A stretch of DNA of 54,304 nt from an uncultured Candidatus Bathyarchaeia archaeon. GTDB taxonomy: Archaea > Thermoproteota > Bathyarchaeia > 40CM-2-53-6 > CAVXDP01. Of this stretch, positions 37,609-46,774 are shown piece by piece. The notes under the pieces were generated by a model. It had not been told where the DNA came from, made no database searches, and worked only from the letters and a program-made list of their open reading frames with translations. Each line of letters starts with the position of its first letter. The first letter of the stretch is position 1. The translations under genes were made by a program, and so were the position numbers. The stretch spans positions 1-54,304 of the forward strand of contig CAYXJU010000001.1 of assembly GCA_964464765.1 (NCBI GenBank), read 5' to 3'.

Positions 37609-38586
37609 GTGGATGCTCGCACAAAGGTCGCTTCAATGCGTCGTATTAAGCAGATCAGAATTAATGAAAGCATGACTGCAAGCGATCTAGCCCGAGAAAT
37701 GGGGGAGTCAGGGGTCCTTGGAGCAGGGAGATTTTCAGCAGCAGTTGACATATGCTCAGAGTTGTTTTCTGACAAACGATACACTAACATCTTGTCTGTT
37801 GCAGGACCACTTGTTCCAGCTGGACTCAGAAAAATCATTCGTAGTCTAATATACGACCGTATGTTGGACGCGATCGTTACCACTGGAGCAAACATTACAC
37901 ACGACCTGATTGAAGCTGTGGGTTACAGTCACACTGTTGGAGAATCCTCGGCCAACGACTCCGCACTTAGACGAAGAAGAATAGGCAGAATATATGATAT
38001 CTACATCAATCAAAGAGCTTACCAGAAACTTGAGAAAGAAACCTACAAATTTCTTGCGAAGATAGATGAACAGAAGCGCAGGAATATAGGAACTTACGAG
38101 TTGCTCTGGGAATTTGGAAAACAGGTTAAAGATAATAATTCTATCGTTCGAACCGCCCAAAAAAAAACTGTTCCAATCTTCTGCCCCGGAATTTACGATT
38201 CGATGCTCGGGATGAATCTTTGGACATTCAGCCAAACAAACACCCTAGTACTAAACCCATTCTTGGATTTCAGTAAGCTCGTAGACATGTCTTACGAGGC
38301 AGACAAAGTTGGTGTAATAATCCTAGGCGGAGGATTACCAAAACATCATGTTCTAGCGGCGAATATCCTGCGTGGTGGAGTTGATGCAGCTATCCAGATT
38401 ACATTTGATCGCCCGGAGGCCGGAGGATTGAGTGGCGCTCCACTTGAGGAAGCCATAAGTTGGAACAAGATAGCAAACAGCAAGAATCTTGCGACGGTAA
38501 TAGGTGACGCGACGATAATCTTCCCAATGATGGTCCTCGCAGCCATTCAAAGAGCATCGAAGAGAAGACCCTCAAGAGCAGCGTGA
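37609..38586 (+). CDS. dys: Deoxyhypusine synthase
   Basis: GP.VPAGLR, VTTGANITHDLIEA and ILGGGLPKHH motifs. Lies directly downstream of aIF5A. Confidence 0.9.
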   Translation: MDARTKVASMRRIKQIRINESMTASDLAREMGESGVLGAGRFSAAVDICSELFSDKRYTNILSVAGPLVPAGLRKIIRSLIYDRMLDAIVTTGANITHDLIEAVGYSHTVGESSANDSALRRRRIGRIYDIYINQRAYQKLEKETYKFLAKIDEQKRRNIGTYELLWEFGKQVKDNNSIVRTAQKKTVPIFCPGIYDSMLGMNLWTFSQTNTLVLNPFLDFSKLVDMSYEADKVGVIILGGGLPKHHVLAANILRGGVDAAIQITFDRPEAGGLSGAPLEEAISWNKIANSKNLATVIGDATIIFPMMVLAAIQRASKRRPSRAA

Positions 38587-38622
38587 CCCCGAAGAATCTT
38601 TTTCCAGCTGGCTCATTCTGAA

Positions 38623-39768
38623 ATGCGCAGCTCGCAAAAGAATCCAGAAGTGGAATCTGAGAATACAATAAGACAGATACTAGTCAAGGCTGGGACAACT
38701 TTGCTGATAGCGGGTCCTGCATCCTTGGAGTTAGTTGAGGGAAAAGCGAACATCTTTGCTTCTCCTCTTAGTAAGAATCGAAGGATCACCATAAGAGAAG
38801 GGAAGCAACTTCCAGTGGAGGCATCGGAAAACTCCACATTCAATTGCCATATTTCAAATGCTGGCAGATTCTCGGAAGTTGCTGGAAGCACAATTCCTAG
38901 TTCTTGGATGGAGATTGCGCAAACTGTACTAGAAGTTCCGAAGAGCAGGATCGTTGTTATCGGTAATGTAGACAGCGGTAAGAGTGCTTTCTGCACAATG
39001 CTGGCTAACCTCGCTGTGAACTCTGGAATTGGAATTGCTGTACTTGATGCTGATCTTGGTCAATCGGACATAGGTCCGCCAAGCACGATCGGTCTAGGAA
39101 GAGTGAGTGCCCATGTGCTGACCCTGTCTGAAGTGCCTCCAGATCTTCTATATTTTGTGGGATACATTAGCCCAGCGCCAGTGACTGACAAGGTGTTGTA
39201 TGGAATTGGGCAGCTACTTAACCACATAAAGGGTCCTGATAGCGTGGTAATGAACACGGACGGGTGGGTTGTTGATGATGAAGCGATCGTCTACAAGAAG
39301 CGGCTGATAGATTCAGTGAAGCCGGACTTCGTTGTTGGAATAGGCGAAGCAAACCAAGTCAACCCCATACTGGAATTAACCAAATGCACATCTTTTCAGA
39401 TAAGTTCTCCAAACAGGATCCTGAAACGTTCAAAAGAACAGAGGAGAGAAATAAGAGAGTTCGGATACCGGAAGTACTTGGCTAATGCAAAAGTGACGAG
39501 AGTCGATGTGGTTAGGAGTCAGATCTCATACAGCGATGGTAGAGCGATTAAGCCTGAGGATATCAATCCATCCTTAGTCAACTCGCTCGTGGGCGTGCTT
39601 GACGAGAATGGTTGGCTCATAGGAATAGGAGTTATATCACAAGTCGACTTGCAAGGAGGACTTAAAGTATTTTCGCCTGTACCACACAGATTCTTCAAGA
39701 TCGAGGTCGGAGCTGTAAAGTTGAACGAACAGGGAACAGAATTATCCTATCTAAATGAAAGAAACTAG
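38623..39768 (+). CDS. clp1: Clp1/Grc3-family polynucleotide 5'-hydroxyl kinase
   Basis: P-loop VIGNVDSGKSAFC, Walker B LDADLGQSDIGPP and the Clp1-type lid region NTDGWV. Confidence 0.8.
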   Translation: MRSSQKNPEVESENTIRQILVKAGTTLLIAGPASLELVEGKANIFASPLSKNRRITIREGKQLPVEASENSTFNCHISNAGRFSEVAGSTIPSSWMEIAQTVLEVPKSRIVVIGNVDSGKSAFCTMLANLAVNSGIGIAVLDADLGQSDIGPPSTIGLGRVSAHVLTLSEVPPDLLYFVGYISPAPVTDKVLYGIGQLLNHIKGPDSVVMNTDGWVVDDEAIVYKKRLIDSVKPDFVVGIGEANQVNPILELTKCTSFQISSPNRILKRSKEQRREIREFGYRKYLANAKVTRVDVVRSQISYSDGRAIKPEDINPSLVNSLVGVLDENGWLIGIGVISQVDLQGGLKVFSPVPHRFFKIEVGAVKLNEQGTELSYLNERN

Positions 39769-40466
39769 ACTCCCACAAACAGTCTGTCGGAGAGAAAGGC
39801 TGGAAGCCCTTCTTGAACTATCTTGCTGGCTGCGGATTCAATGTCGTATGATATCCTTTCTGTTCTGCAGATGATTTTGCCCTCAGAGATTTCTATCGTG
39901 GAATAGCTTGAACGCGGGTCTCCATCTCTGGGTTGACCGATGCTACCTGGGTTGATCAGTGTTCCAGAGGGGGTAGACGAGTAGAGGGGCATGTGCGTGT
40001 GACCTAGGAACAATAGATTTGCAGTCGCCTCCTCGATCAGAGCTTGAAGCACGAATTGCGGTGCTCCAGGATAAATGTACTCGTTCAAGGGGTCTCTTGG
40101 GCTTCCATGGTAACAAGCGATGACTGTGTCGTCAATGGTCTTGGTTGAATAGTGAGGAAGACTTGACAGAAATGCGAGGTTCTCGGATTTCATTCTTCGA
40201 CGTGTCCACTCAATCACCTTGGAGGCATATGTGACAAAGTTGGATGTGTCACCTGTGACCGTTGCATAATCGTGATTTCCTGCAATAATGGTCTGCGGTT
40301 TGATTCGACGGATCTCTTCAACGACCTCGTTTGGCTGAGCGCCGTATCCAACCAAATCGCCCAAGCATACCAGATGATCACAGTCACAGATCTCCTTGGA
40401 AACTGCTTCGAGAGCATCGTAGTTTGCATGTATGTCTGAGATCACGATAAGCTTCAAAGTGTACAC
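39765..40466 (-). CDS. Metallophosphoesterase (MJ0936/YfcE-like)
   Basis: ISDIHAN, GDLVGYG, GNHD and GHTH motifs. The real start is probably TTG 40457 (MKLIVISDIH). Confidence 0.85.
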   Translation of the reverse strand: MYTLKLIVISDIHANYDALEAVSKEICDCDHLVCLGDLVGYGAQPNEVVEEIRRIKPQTIIAGNHDYATVTGDTSNFVTYASKVIEWTRRRMKSENLAFLSSLPHYSTKTIDDTVIACYHGSPRDPLNEYIYPGAPQFVLQALIEEATANLLFLGHTHMPLYSSTPSGTLINPGSIGQPRDGDPRSSYSTIEISEGKIICRTERISYDIESAASKIVQEGLPAFLSDRLFVGV

Positions 40467-40539
40467 AACTTATGATGGGATTGAGGCTGTTTCTTAATTA
40501 GGGTCGATAAATAGATTTGAGCTTAGACGGTATTGAAAG

Positions 40540-40878
40540 TTGAGTTTTGAAGAAGCCGAGCTAAAGCGAGAAGGGCTACTACTTAAGATCAGTCTGCTTG
40601 AAATGGACAATGCAGTTGTTGCGTTTTTCTACGAAGGAAAGATTACTCTTGGAACATTGGCTTTTGCTCTCCCTGGATATGGAGAGATAAAGGCCGAGAC
40701 CTCGTCCATTCTTCTCGGCGGCCGTTACCTACTTGCAAGCAGAGCAATGGCAGAGAGAGTTACAGCAAAACTTGGAAAGATGAGTCTTGTTTCGGTACGA
40801 ACAAGTCTACCAGAAGGAGAAGCTTTGAGACTGTTCGCCAAGTTATTTGAAGATGTTCTCTCAAGAAGAACTCGTTAG
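40540..40878 (+). CDS. Small protein, PAC4 (PSMG4)-like proteasome assembly chaperone candidate
   Basis: 112 aa. From memory of human PSMG4, LGTLAFAL...TSSILLGG...ASRAMAERVTAKLGKMSLVSVRTSL parallels LRNLAVAM...STSLLGD...GLAQRLARKTNKQVFVSYNL. TTG start. Confidence 0.4.
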   Translation: MSFEEAELKREGLLLKISLLEMDNAVVAFFYEGKITLGTLAFALPGYGEIKAETSSILLGGRYLLASRAMAERVTAKLGKMSLVSVRTSLPEGEALRLFAKLFEDVLSRRTR

Positions 40879-42182
40879 TATGATATCTTTGTTTCCGCAG
40901 GCAGATTCCCGAGGACGTCTCTCGCAGACTTGCCCACTTTGTCTCTGTCGGCTTCCTCTGTGTAGATTCGTATTATATTCATGATGACACGAAGGACGTC
41001 AATAACTCTCGAAATTTCTGCCAGCTTTTTCGGCGTCTTCTCTCCAGTTCGTGATTCGTCAAAAATGGGTACTTCCATTGGTTCCGCGCCGATGGAATGC
41101 GAGTAGGGAACGGATGGAAGCGATGGAACGTCTATGGTAACTCTGTTTGGGTCTACATTCGCTTTTCTCGCTATCTCAGTCTCGATTTGGTGACGGACCG
41201 CCTCATTCGTAAATAAGCTCGTTACGGTTTCATCTCTCGTAAAGAATGTTCTCTCAAAGGCACATTTTAGGAGACGGCGCGCCTCGATATCCTGCAGTAT
41301 AGATTTGGAATTCTTGGAATTTCTAAGCGTTGACCACACCGTATAGTCGTCTAGACGAAGATAATCATCCGCAGACTCGAATTCAATAGCTCCGATCTCA
41401 TCCTTCGCAAGCTCCAAGGCTTTCACTAACATTATCTGCACTGCACGTGAGGCACGATGGAAATAGATCGCTCTAAAGGATTCCAGTCTCGCTAGGAGAA
41501 AGGTTTCAAGAGTCGGAAGAGCCGTAACCCCTACAGCAAGGTTCCGCTCATGTATACCCATTGTATATATCAATCTGAATACATCGGCCTGCCCATATCC
41601 TGCGCCTGTATGATACGAATCTCTGGGAATGAAATCCATCTTGTCGACATCAACCGTGCTGGAAATAATCTGATCAAAGAAGGGTCTCTGTGAATCGCGC
41701 AGTTTTCCAACTGATAATCTCGCTATGTCACTGGGATTGAACCCTGCGTCTTTCAGAATGTCCTTTATGTTGGAATTGTTTATGATCCAAGTTGTCACAT
41801 CCTCGTGTGTCTTTCCGTGATGCTTGATCAAGAATTGATCAAAGACATGGGAGAAAGGTCCGTGACCTACATCATGAAGCAGTGCTGCCACCTTCAGTTC
41901 TTCTACATCTTCATCGTTGAGGTTTGCTGGAAGATTCTCCGCCAAGACCCCAGCTAGGTACATCGTTCCCAATGCATGCTCAAACCTCGTGTGATTCGCG
42001 GCGGGATACACGTACTCCGCCCCTGAGAGTTGCCTTATTCTTCTCAACCTTTGAACAGGTTCAGTGTCAATCACGCGCTTCTCCATCTCTGACAGACGAA
42101 TATAGCCGTAGAGCGGGTCTTTGACAAAGCCCCAGTAAGAAGAGGGGTTACCTACTTTTCGCTTCATTGATCTCCCACGCAT
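40875..42182 (-). CDS. HD-domain phosphohydrolase (SAMHD1/dNTP triphosphohydrolase-like, COG1078)
   Basis: RFEHALGTMYLAG and LLHDVGHGPFSH motifs. 435 aa. Confidence 0.85.
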   Translation of the reverse strand: MRGRSMKRKVGNPSSYWGFVKDPLYGYIRLSEMEKRVIDTEPVQRLRRIRQLSGAEYVYPAANHTRFEHALGTMYLAGVLAENLPANLNDEDVEELKVAALLHDVGHGPFSHVFDQFLIKHHGKTHEDVTTWIINNSNIKDILKDAGFNPSDIARLSVGKLRDSQRPFFDQIISSTVDVDKMDFIPRDSYHTGAGYGQADVFRLIYTMGIHERNLAVGVTALPTLETFLLARLESFRAIYFHRASRAVQIMLVKALELAKDEIGAIEFESADDYLRLDDYTVWSTLRNSKNSKSILQDIEARRLLKCAFERTFFTRDETVTSLFTNEAVRHQIETEIARKANVDPNRVTIDVPSLPSVPYSHSIGAEPMEVPIFDESRTGEKTPKKLAEISRVIDVLRVIMNIIRIYTEEADRDKVGKSARDVLGNLPAETKISY

Positions 42183-42193
42183 AGGAAAGAAAG

Positions 42194-42212
42194 CTTCGAA
42201 ACATTTTCGAAG
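42194..42212. repeat. Perfect 8-bp palindrome CTTCGAAA-cat-TTTCGAAG next to the HD-hydrolase start
   Basis: Read directly. It lies 12 nt upstream of ATG 42182 on the minus strand. Confidence 0.7.
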
Positions 42213-42449
42213 ACTAACCTAGACTATCTACGTTAGGTCAGTATAACATTTCCTTCGTTCAGCATGATGAACAAATATTCTGGTTGATGGCATATTTCCC
42301 ATGCACTAACCTGAAACCTTCAGTGTCATTACTCTTAGAAGTAAGTCAAGAACGTGTCGGAACCCATAATCTCGCTTTTAGGCGGTGTATGCACGACCAA
42401 TGATTATTAGAACGCTCTACCAGTAGATCTACCCAGCGGATTGAAATCA

Positions 42450-43052
42450 ATGCACCGACGTTCAAAAGGCGCCTTCATAGTTCTAGACGGTCTGGACGGA
42501 TGCGGCAAGACACTACAATCTAAAGCCCTCAGAGACGAACTCAAGGCAAGAGGCTTTGACGTGGCATATACCGCAGAACCCTCCAATAATACGGTAGGAA
42601 AATTCATTCAATCGATACTTCTCACAGAAAAGATACCGGCAGAAGTTGAAGCACTACTCTTCGCAGCAGACCGTCATGAACATTTGAAGAAAGAGATCTT
42701 GCCAAACCTTGAAGCCGGCAAGGTTGTGATTTGCGACCGGTATCTGTACTCCTCACTAGCCTATCAAGGCGCTCAGGGAGTTGATGTGAACTGGATAAGA
42801 ACGATCAATAGTTTTGTTGTGAAACCTGACATCGCATTTTACTTAGATGTTCCACCTGATGTAGGTTTGAACAGGATAAAACGTAAGAGAACGGTGCTAG
42901 AGAGAATTGATCTTCAGGTGAAGGTTAGAGAGAAGTACCTTGAACTAGTTCGAGTAGGCGAACTTGTGCTTGTAGACTCTAATCGATCAGTGGAAGCTGT
43001 GAAGACAGAACTAACTAATTCGGCAATTCGAAGGCTGGGACAACCTTCGTAG
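42450..43052 (+). CDS. tmk: Thymidylate kinase
   Basis: FIVLDGLDGCGKT P-loop, DRY motif (CDRYLYSSLAYQG) and lid region. ATG 42450 is preferred over TTG 42441. Confidence 0.9.
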   Translation: MHRRSKGAFIVLDGLDGCGKTLQSKALRDELKARGFDVAYTAEPSNNTVGKFIQSILLTEKIPAEVEALLFAADRHEHLKKEILPNLEAGKVVICDRYLYSSLAYQGAQGVDVNWIRTINSFVVKPDIAFYLDVPPDVGLNRIKRKRTVLERIDLQVKVREKYLELVRVGELVLVDSNRSVEAVKTELTNSAIRRLGQPS

Positions 43053-43173
43053 CTGCAAGTTTGTCTCGCTTAATGGCGCCTGAGTTAAAACAACACGTGG
43101 CACTCTGCGCGACGCAAGTATCCTAAGAATCACTAAATCCAGATCGATCAAACAAAAAAAGGGAGAGAAAATC

Positions 43174-44412
43174 CTATTCTAGTAGGGTTCCCTCATACAT
43201 CAGATGCATTAGTTCTTTTGTGTTTTCTAACGTGAGTTTCCTCGGATTGAACCTCGGAAGCCCGTAGACGTGTTGGCGGTCTTTGAATATGTACTCAGCG
43301 AACTCATCGAGTTCCTTGCTTGGAATATTCCATTGCTTCAAGTTCGTGGGTAGCTCCATATCCTCCATGAGGGTCTTTACAGCGTGAATGAATGCATAGG
43401 CAGCATCGCGCTGTACAAGTCCGTAAACCTCATCTCCAAGCACTTGTTTCGATACGGATGCAAGTTTCTCTGTGCATGCAGGTAGGTTGAATTGAAGTAT
43501 GTATGGCAGAGCTATTCCGCAAGCCGCGCCGTGTGGAATGTTCCACCTTGGTCCTAATGCTTCTGCGATACAGTGTCCGAGAATTGCAGGGCCTCCTATC
43601 CATGGATATGTGATCACCATGCCACCTAACATTGCGGCGGCTGACATGTGCCATCTGGCTTCAAGGTCATCTCCGGCGTGATAGGCTCTTTTTCCATACT
43701 TGAATACGATCTTCGTAGCCTCAAGCGCCTGGGCGTCTGAAATGGGATTGGCTTCCCTGTCAATTAGAGCCTCGACGTTGTGGGCCATGACGTCCATAGC
43801 GCTTCCAGCGGTCTGTTTTGGGGGGCATGAAATGACCATCATTGGATCAATGATGGCGACGTCTGCGAACAAGTTGCTGCTTGCGGCCCAAGTCTTGTAC
43901 AAACCTTCGATCACCACGGAAAAGCTTGAAACCTCACTTCCTGTTCCGGATGTGGTTGGAATCAGTATCTTAGACTTCGCCGGTAGCTTAGTCTTGTCCT
44001 CGGTAGGATTCACATAAACCATAGGGTCTCCTAGGTTAGTAAGACAGACGGCTGACATCTTTGCAGTATCCATGACGGCGCCTCCACCGACTCCGACGAC
44101 AAGATCATACCTTCCCCGCCGAGCGAACTCTACAGCAGATTTCACGCTATCAGCCGTGGGCTCGGCTTTGAGATCGTCATAGACATCGACATTGAAGTTT
44201 TCTTTCTTCAGAAGATCTATGACTGTGTCAGCCATACCAGCCTTCCTGACACCCTTGTCTGTGTCTACGAGTACTCTCTTTCCTCCCAAACGTTTTGCTT
44301 CTGACCCCACGAATTGTTCTACTGCTCCTGTTGCGAAGATTATTCGCTTTGGTTGATCGAACAACGCGACTCTGGCTGTGGCAAGTCTCGTTTCGAATCC
44401 TTTCAAACTCAT
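43174..44412 (-). CDS. Iron-containing (group III) alcohol dehydrogenase
   Basis: GGGAVMDTAK NAD-binding motif and metal-binding His blocks (DVMAHNVEAL, HG...G). The track ORF was trimmed to ATG 44412 (MSLKGFE...). Confidence 0.88.
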   Translation of the reverse strand: MSLKGFETRLATARVALFDQPKRIIFATGAVEQFVGSEAKRLGGKRVLVDTDKGVRKAGMADTVIDLLKKENFNVDVYDDLKAEPTADSVKSAVEFARRGRYDLVVGVGGGAVMDTAKMSAVCLTNLGDPMVYVNPTEDKTKLPAKSKILIPTTSGTGSEVSSFSVVIEGLYKTWAASSNLFADVAIIDPMMVISCPPKQTAGSAMDVMAHNVEALIDREANPISDAQALEATKIVFKYGKRAYHAGDDLEARWHMSAAAMLGGMVITYPWIGGPAILGHCIAEALGPRWNIPHGAACGIALPYILQFNLPACTEKLASVSKQVLGDEVYGLVQRDAAYAFIHAVKTLMEDMELPTNLKQWNIPSKELDEFAEYIFKDRQHVYGLPRFNPRKLTLENTKELMHLMYEGTLLE

Positions 44413-44498
44413 TCCTATTCCTCTCGATCGTTTCCGCGTGTGAAAGGCGGATTTTTGCGTATTTAAGACTTCGGTACTATCTGTGGAAAAGAGGAAGC

Positions 44499-44560
44499 TG
44501 CACAAGACGGCTTCAATAATTTGCCGATCGAATACACGGTAGCCCAGCGCGTCTTGTGCA
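44499..44560. repeat. 11-bp perfect inverted repeat TGCACAAGACG / CGTCTTGTGCA with a 40-nt spacer
   Basis: Read directly at 44499-44509 and 44550-44560. It lies between the MoaD-like gene end and the ADH promoter. Confidence 0.8.
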
Positions 44561-44589
44561 AAACTTGTATTGAAGCAAGAAAAAGTGGC

Positions 44590-44876
44590 TTAGCCACCGC
44601 TCATAGCCGTTATGGATCGATCAAGTCACCATCTTTCAGTCTAGCTCGAAGCCCATTGATGAATCGATTGTGTCTTCCGTTAACCGAGATACTGACGTTC
44701 GGAAATGGTAAGCTAGTGACGGGATCTATCAGCAACTTCTTGAAATCGATTCCTTCTTCTCTAGTTATCTTTTGGACCAATTCAAACAACGTTGAACTCT
44801 CTCGCATATCTTCCGATGGCGTAGACTTTCCGCTTGTGTCTCTAAGAGGATTGAAGGGTCTCACTTTGACTCGCAT
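44590..44876 (-). CDS. MoaD/ThiS-family ubiquitin-like protein (archaeal AOR-linked type) with an apparent frameshift before the C-terminal Gly-Gly
   Basis: MRVKV.......VSISVNGRHNRFINGLRARLKDGDLID matches the MoaD_arch pattern (VNG......GL.T.LKDGD.V.I.PP.SGG). The zero frame stops at 44610 (..IDP*). The -1 frame continues SITAMSGG* to 44590. Confidence 0.65.
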
Positions 44877-46759
44877 AGGCGCTCTTCAGATCTTCTCTTG
44901 AGGTCTTTCACCATGTCTTCTAGCCCTAGCTCCGTTAGTTTCTCTTCTTTGGGTATTCCATTCTTGTCCCATCCTCGTGCATCATAGTACCAGTCAAGCA
45001 GCTTGTTGAAGTCTTCGTCTGTGATCTTGTGACCTTTTGCTGGACCTGAGGGCAATGGTTCCTTGAAGCGTTTCGGTAGAGTGGAATCGGCTTTTCTGTC
45101 TATTCCTTCTCTAACATTGAACATTCTAATGACATTCCAGATTCTATCTCCGTATCTGAGCATCTCTGCATAGTCGATCTTCCATCCTGTTGCCGCGGAG
45201 AGCAGTGCTGCGTAAGTGTCATTTTGTATGCCTGACCTGCTAAACTCGCATACCGTAAGCGAGTAGAGTGCACTTAGGTGATCTTGCTCCCATTTCACAC
45301 ACTGAGATTTCTTAGGTTCAACTGACAGCCTATCGAATGGCCCACCGAACGGCCAAGAGTATCCGCCTATCTCGTAAGCCGGCATCCATCCCCTCTGGTG
45401 ATCGCATCCTCTGTCAGAGCATGCGAGTGCTATTGCCTGTCCTGGTGATCCTCTTGGCGGCCAAGCGGGTGTCTCCATATTTTTTATGTGAATTGCGAAT
45501 TCCTCTGATCCTTTTCCGACCGCCTTGGAAGCTCTAGCGACTCCTTCACCCAGAATCCGTCCAATGCCCTTTCTTTCTCCGATCATTTTGACAAGTTCGA
45601 TCTGGGCTTTCCAGTTCCCAAACTTTGCATCGAGGCCGCCTAGGTCTTTCTTCTTCAGAATGCCTTTCTCATAGCATTCCATTGTCCAACCGATGACGTT
45701 CCCCGCGCTTATCGAATCCAATCCATATTTGTCGCAAAGCACAGTGGCGTAGGCTACAGCTTCTAGAAAGTCCACTCCACAGTTGGCGCCCATCAGACCT
45801 GTTGTCTCATATTCTATTATATCGGTCTCGGTTCCAACCCAAGGGCCTCTTCTGATTCTTCCTATCTTTGTGCAGTGGATTGGGCAGGCGAAACAGCCGT
45901 ACTCTCTGGTCCAAATGTGTTTTCTTTGGCTTACATCGTCGAGTGCACTTGCGGCCTTATCGTTAACCCCATCGTAGAAGTTGCGTGTGGGGTAGAGACC
46001 TTGGCTATTCGCAAATCCAACGAAAGCTGGCGTTCCACCTTTTCGATACGTCAACGAGTCGTTACTCTTCTCAATTTCTTCACGCGACTTCCAATATGCT
46101 TCGTCGAAAGCCTTTGAGTCAGCAACTTCAATCCTTCCACTCCCTCTAACAGCAATGGCTTTGAGATTCTTTGATCCCATTACGGCGCCAGTGCCACATC
46201 TTCCAGCCTGTCTATGTGGACTTGAGTCAACCGTGGCGAATCGAACCTTCTTCTCTCCTGCAGGGCCAATACAAGCAATCTTGACTGATGAGTCACCAAC
46301 TTCCTCTAGAATTCTATCTTGGGTCTGATACGTGTCCAAACCCCAAATTTCCTTTGCAGATCTCAACTCTACGTTGTCATCATCTATCCAAAGATAAACT
46401 GGCTTAGGCGATTTCCCCTTGATCACAACCATGTCGTATCCCGCGAATTTCAACTCCGGAGAGAAGTCTCCACCAGCATACGAGTCAGAGAACCATCCTG
46501 TCAGGGGAGACTTTGTGACTATGCAGTATCTGTTGGTTGGCGTCATGGTTCCCGTCAGGGGACCCGTGCAGAAGACCACGGGGTTCTGAGGGCTGAAAGG
46601 ATCCAGTTTGGGAGGAGCCAAATCATAGAGGAACCTCGCTCCAAAACCTTTTCCGCCCAAGTAAGTCCTTGCGAAGCCCATATCGAGGCTCTGTTTCTTC
46701 ACACTCCTCCTCTTTGCAAGGTCCACATGCAAGACTTTTCCAGCGTAACTATTTGTCAA
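44861..46759 (-). CDS. aor: Aldehyde:ferredoxin oxidoreductase family tungstopterin enzyme
   Basis: 632 aa. N-terminus GKVLHVDL......YLGGKGFGARFLY, followed by the AOR_N and AOR_C domain pattern with Fe-S ligands (CxxC...C). Confidence 0.9.
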   Translation of the reverse strand: MTNSYAGKVLHVDLAKRRSVKKQSLDMGFARTYLGGKGFGARFLYDLAPPKLDPFSPQNPVVFCTGPLTGTMTPTNRYCIVTKSPLTGWFSDSYAGGDFSPELKFAGYDMVVIKGKSPKPVYLWIDDDNVELRSAKEIWGLDTYQTQDRILEEVGDSSVKIACIGPAGEKKVRFATVDSSPHRQAGRCGTGAVMGSKNLKAIAVRGSGRIEVADSKAFDEAYWKSREEIEKSNDSLTYRKGGTPAFVGFANSQGLYPTRNFYDGVNDKAASALDDVSQRKHIWTREYGCFACPIHCTKIGRIRRGPWVGTETDIIEYETTGLMGANCGVDFLEAVAYATVLCDKYGLDSISAGNVIGWTMECYEKGILKKKDLGGLDAKFGNWKAQIELVKMIGERKGIGRILGEGVARASKAVGKGSEEFAIHIKNMETPAWPPRGSPGQAIALACSDRGCDHQRGWMPAYEIGGYSWPFGGPFDRLSVEPKKSQCVKWEQDHLSALYSLTVCEFSRSGIQNDTYAALLSAATGWKIDYAEMLRYGDRIWNVIRMFNVREGIDRKADSTLPKRFKEPLPSGPAKGHKITDEDFNKLLDWYYDARGWDKNGIPKEEKLTELGLEDMVKDLKRRSEERLCESK

Positions 46760-46774
46760 GAACCTTCGCCTCCC

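Noticed and set aside
42264-42314. Second C/D-box-like string: ATGATGA, 13 nt, TTGATGG, 20 nt, CTGA. Its geometry is curiously similar to the one at 10016.
   Set aside because: It has the same spacing problem and no terminal stem or D' box. It is only worth revisiting if small-RNA data show a transcript.
44521-44901. A 126-aa plus-strand ORF covering the MoaD-like gene.
   Set aside because: It is antisense to a gene with a clear MoaD_arch pattern and operon coupling to AOR. No motif is present.
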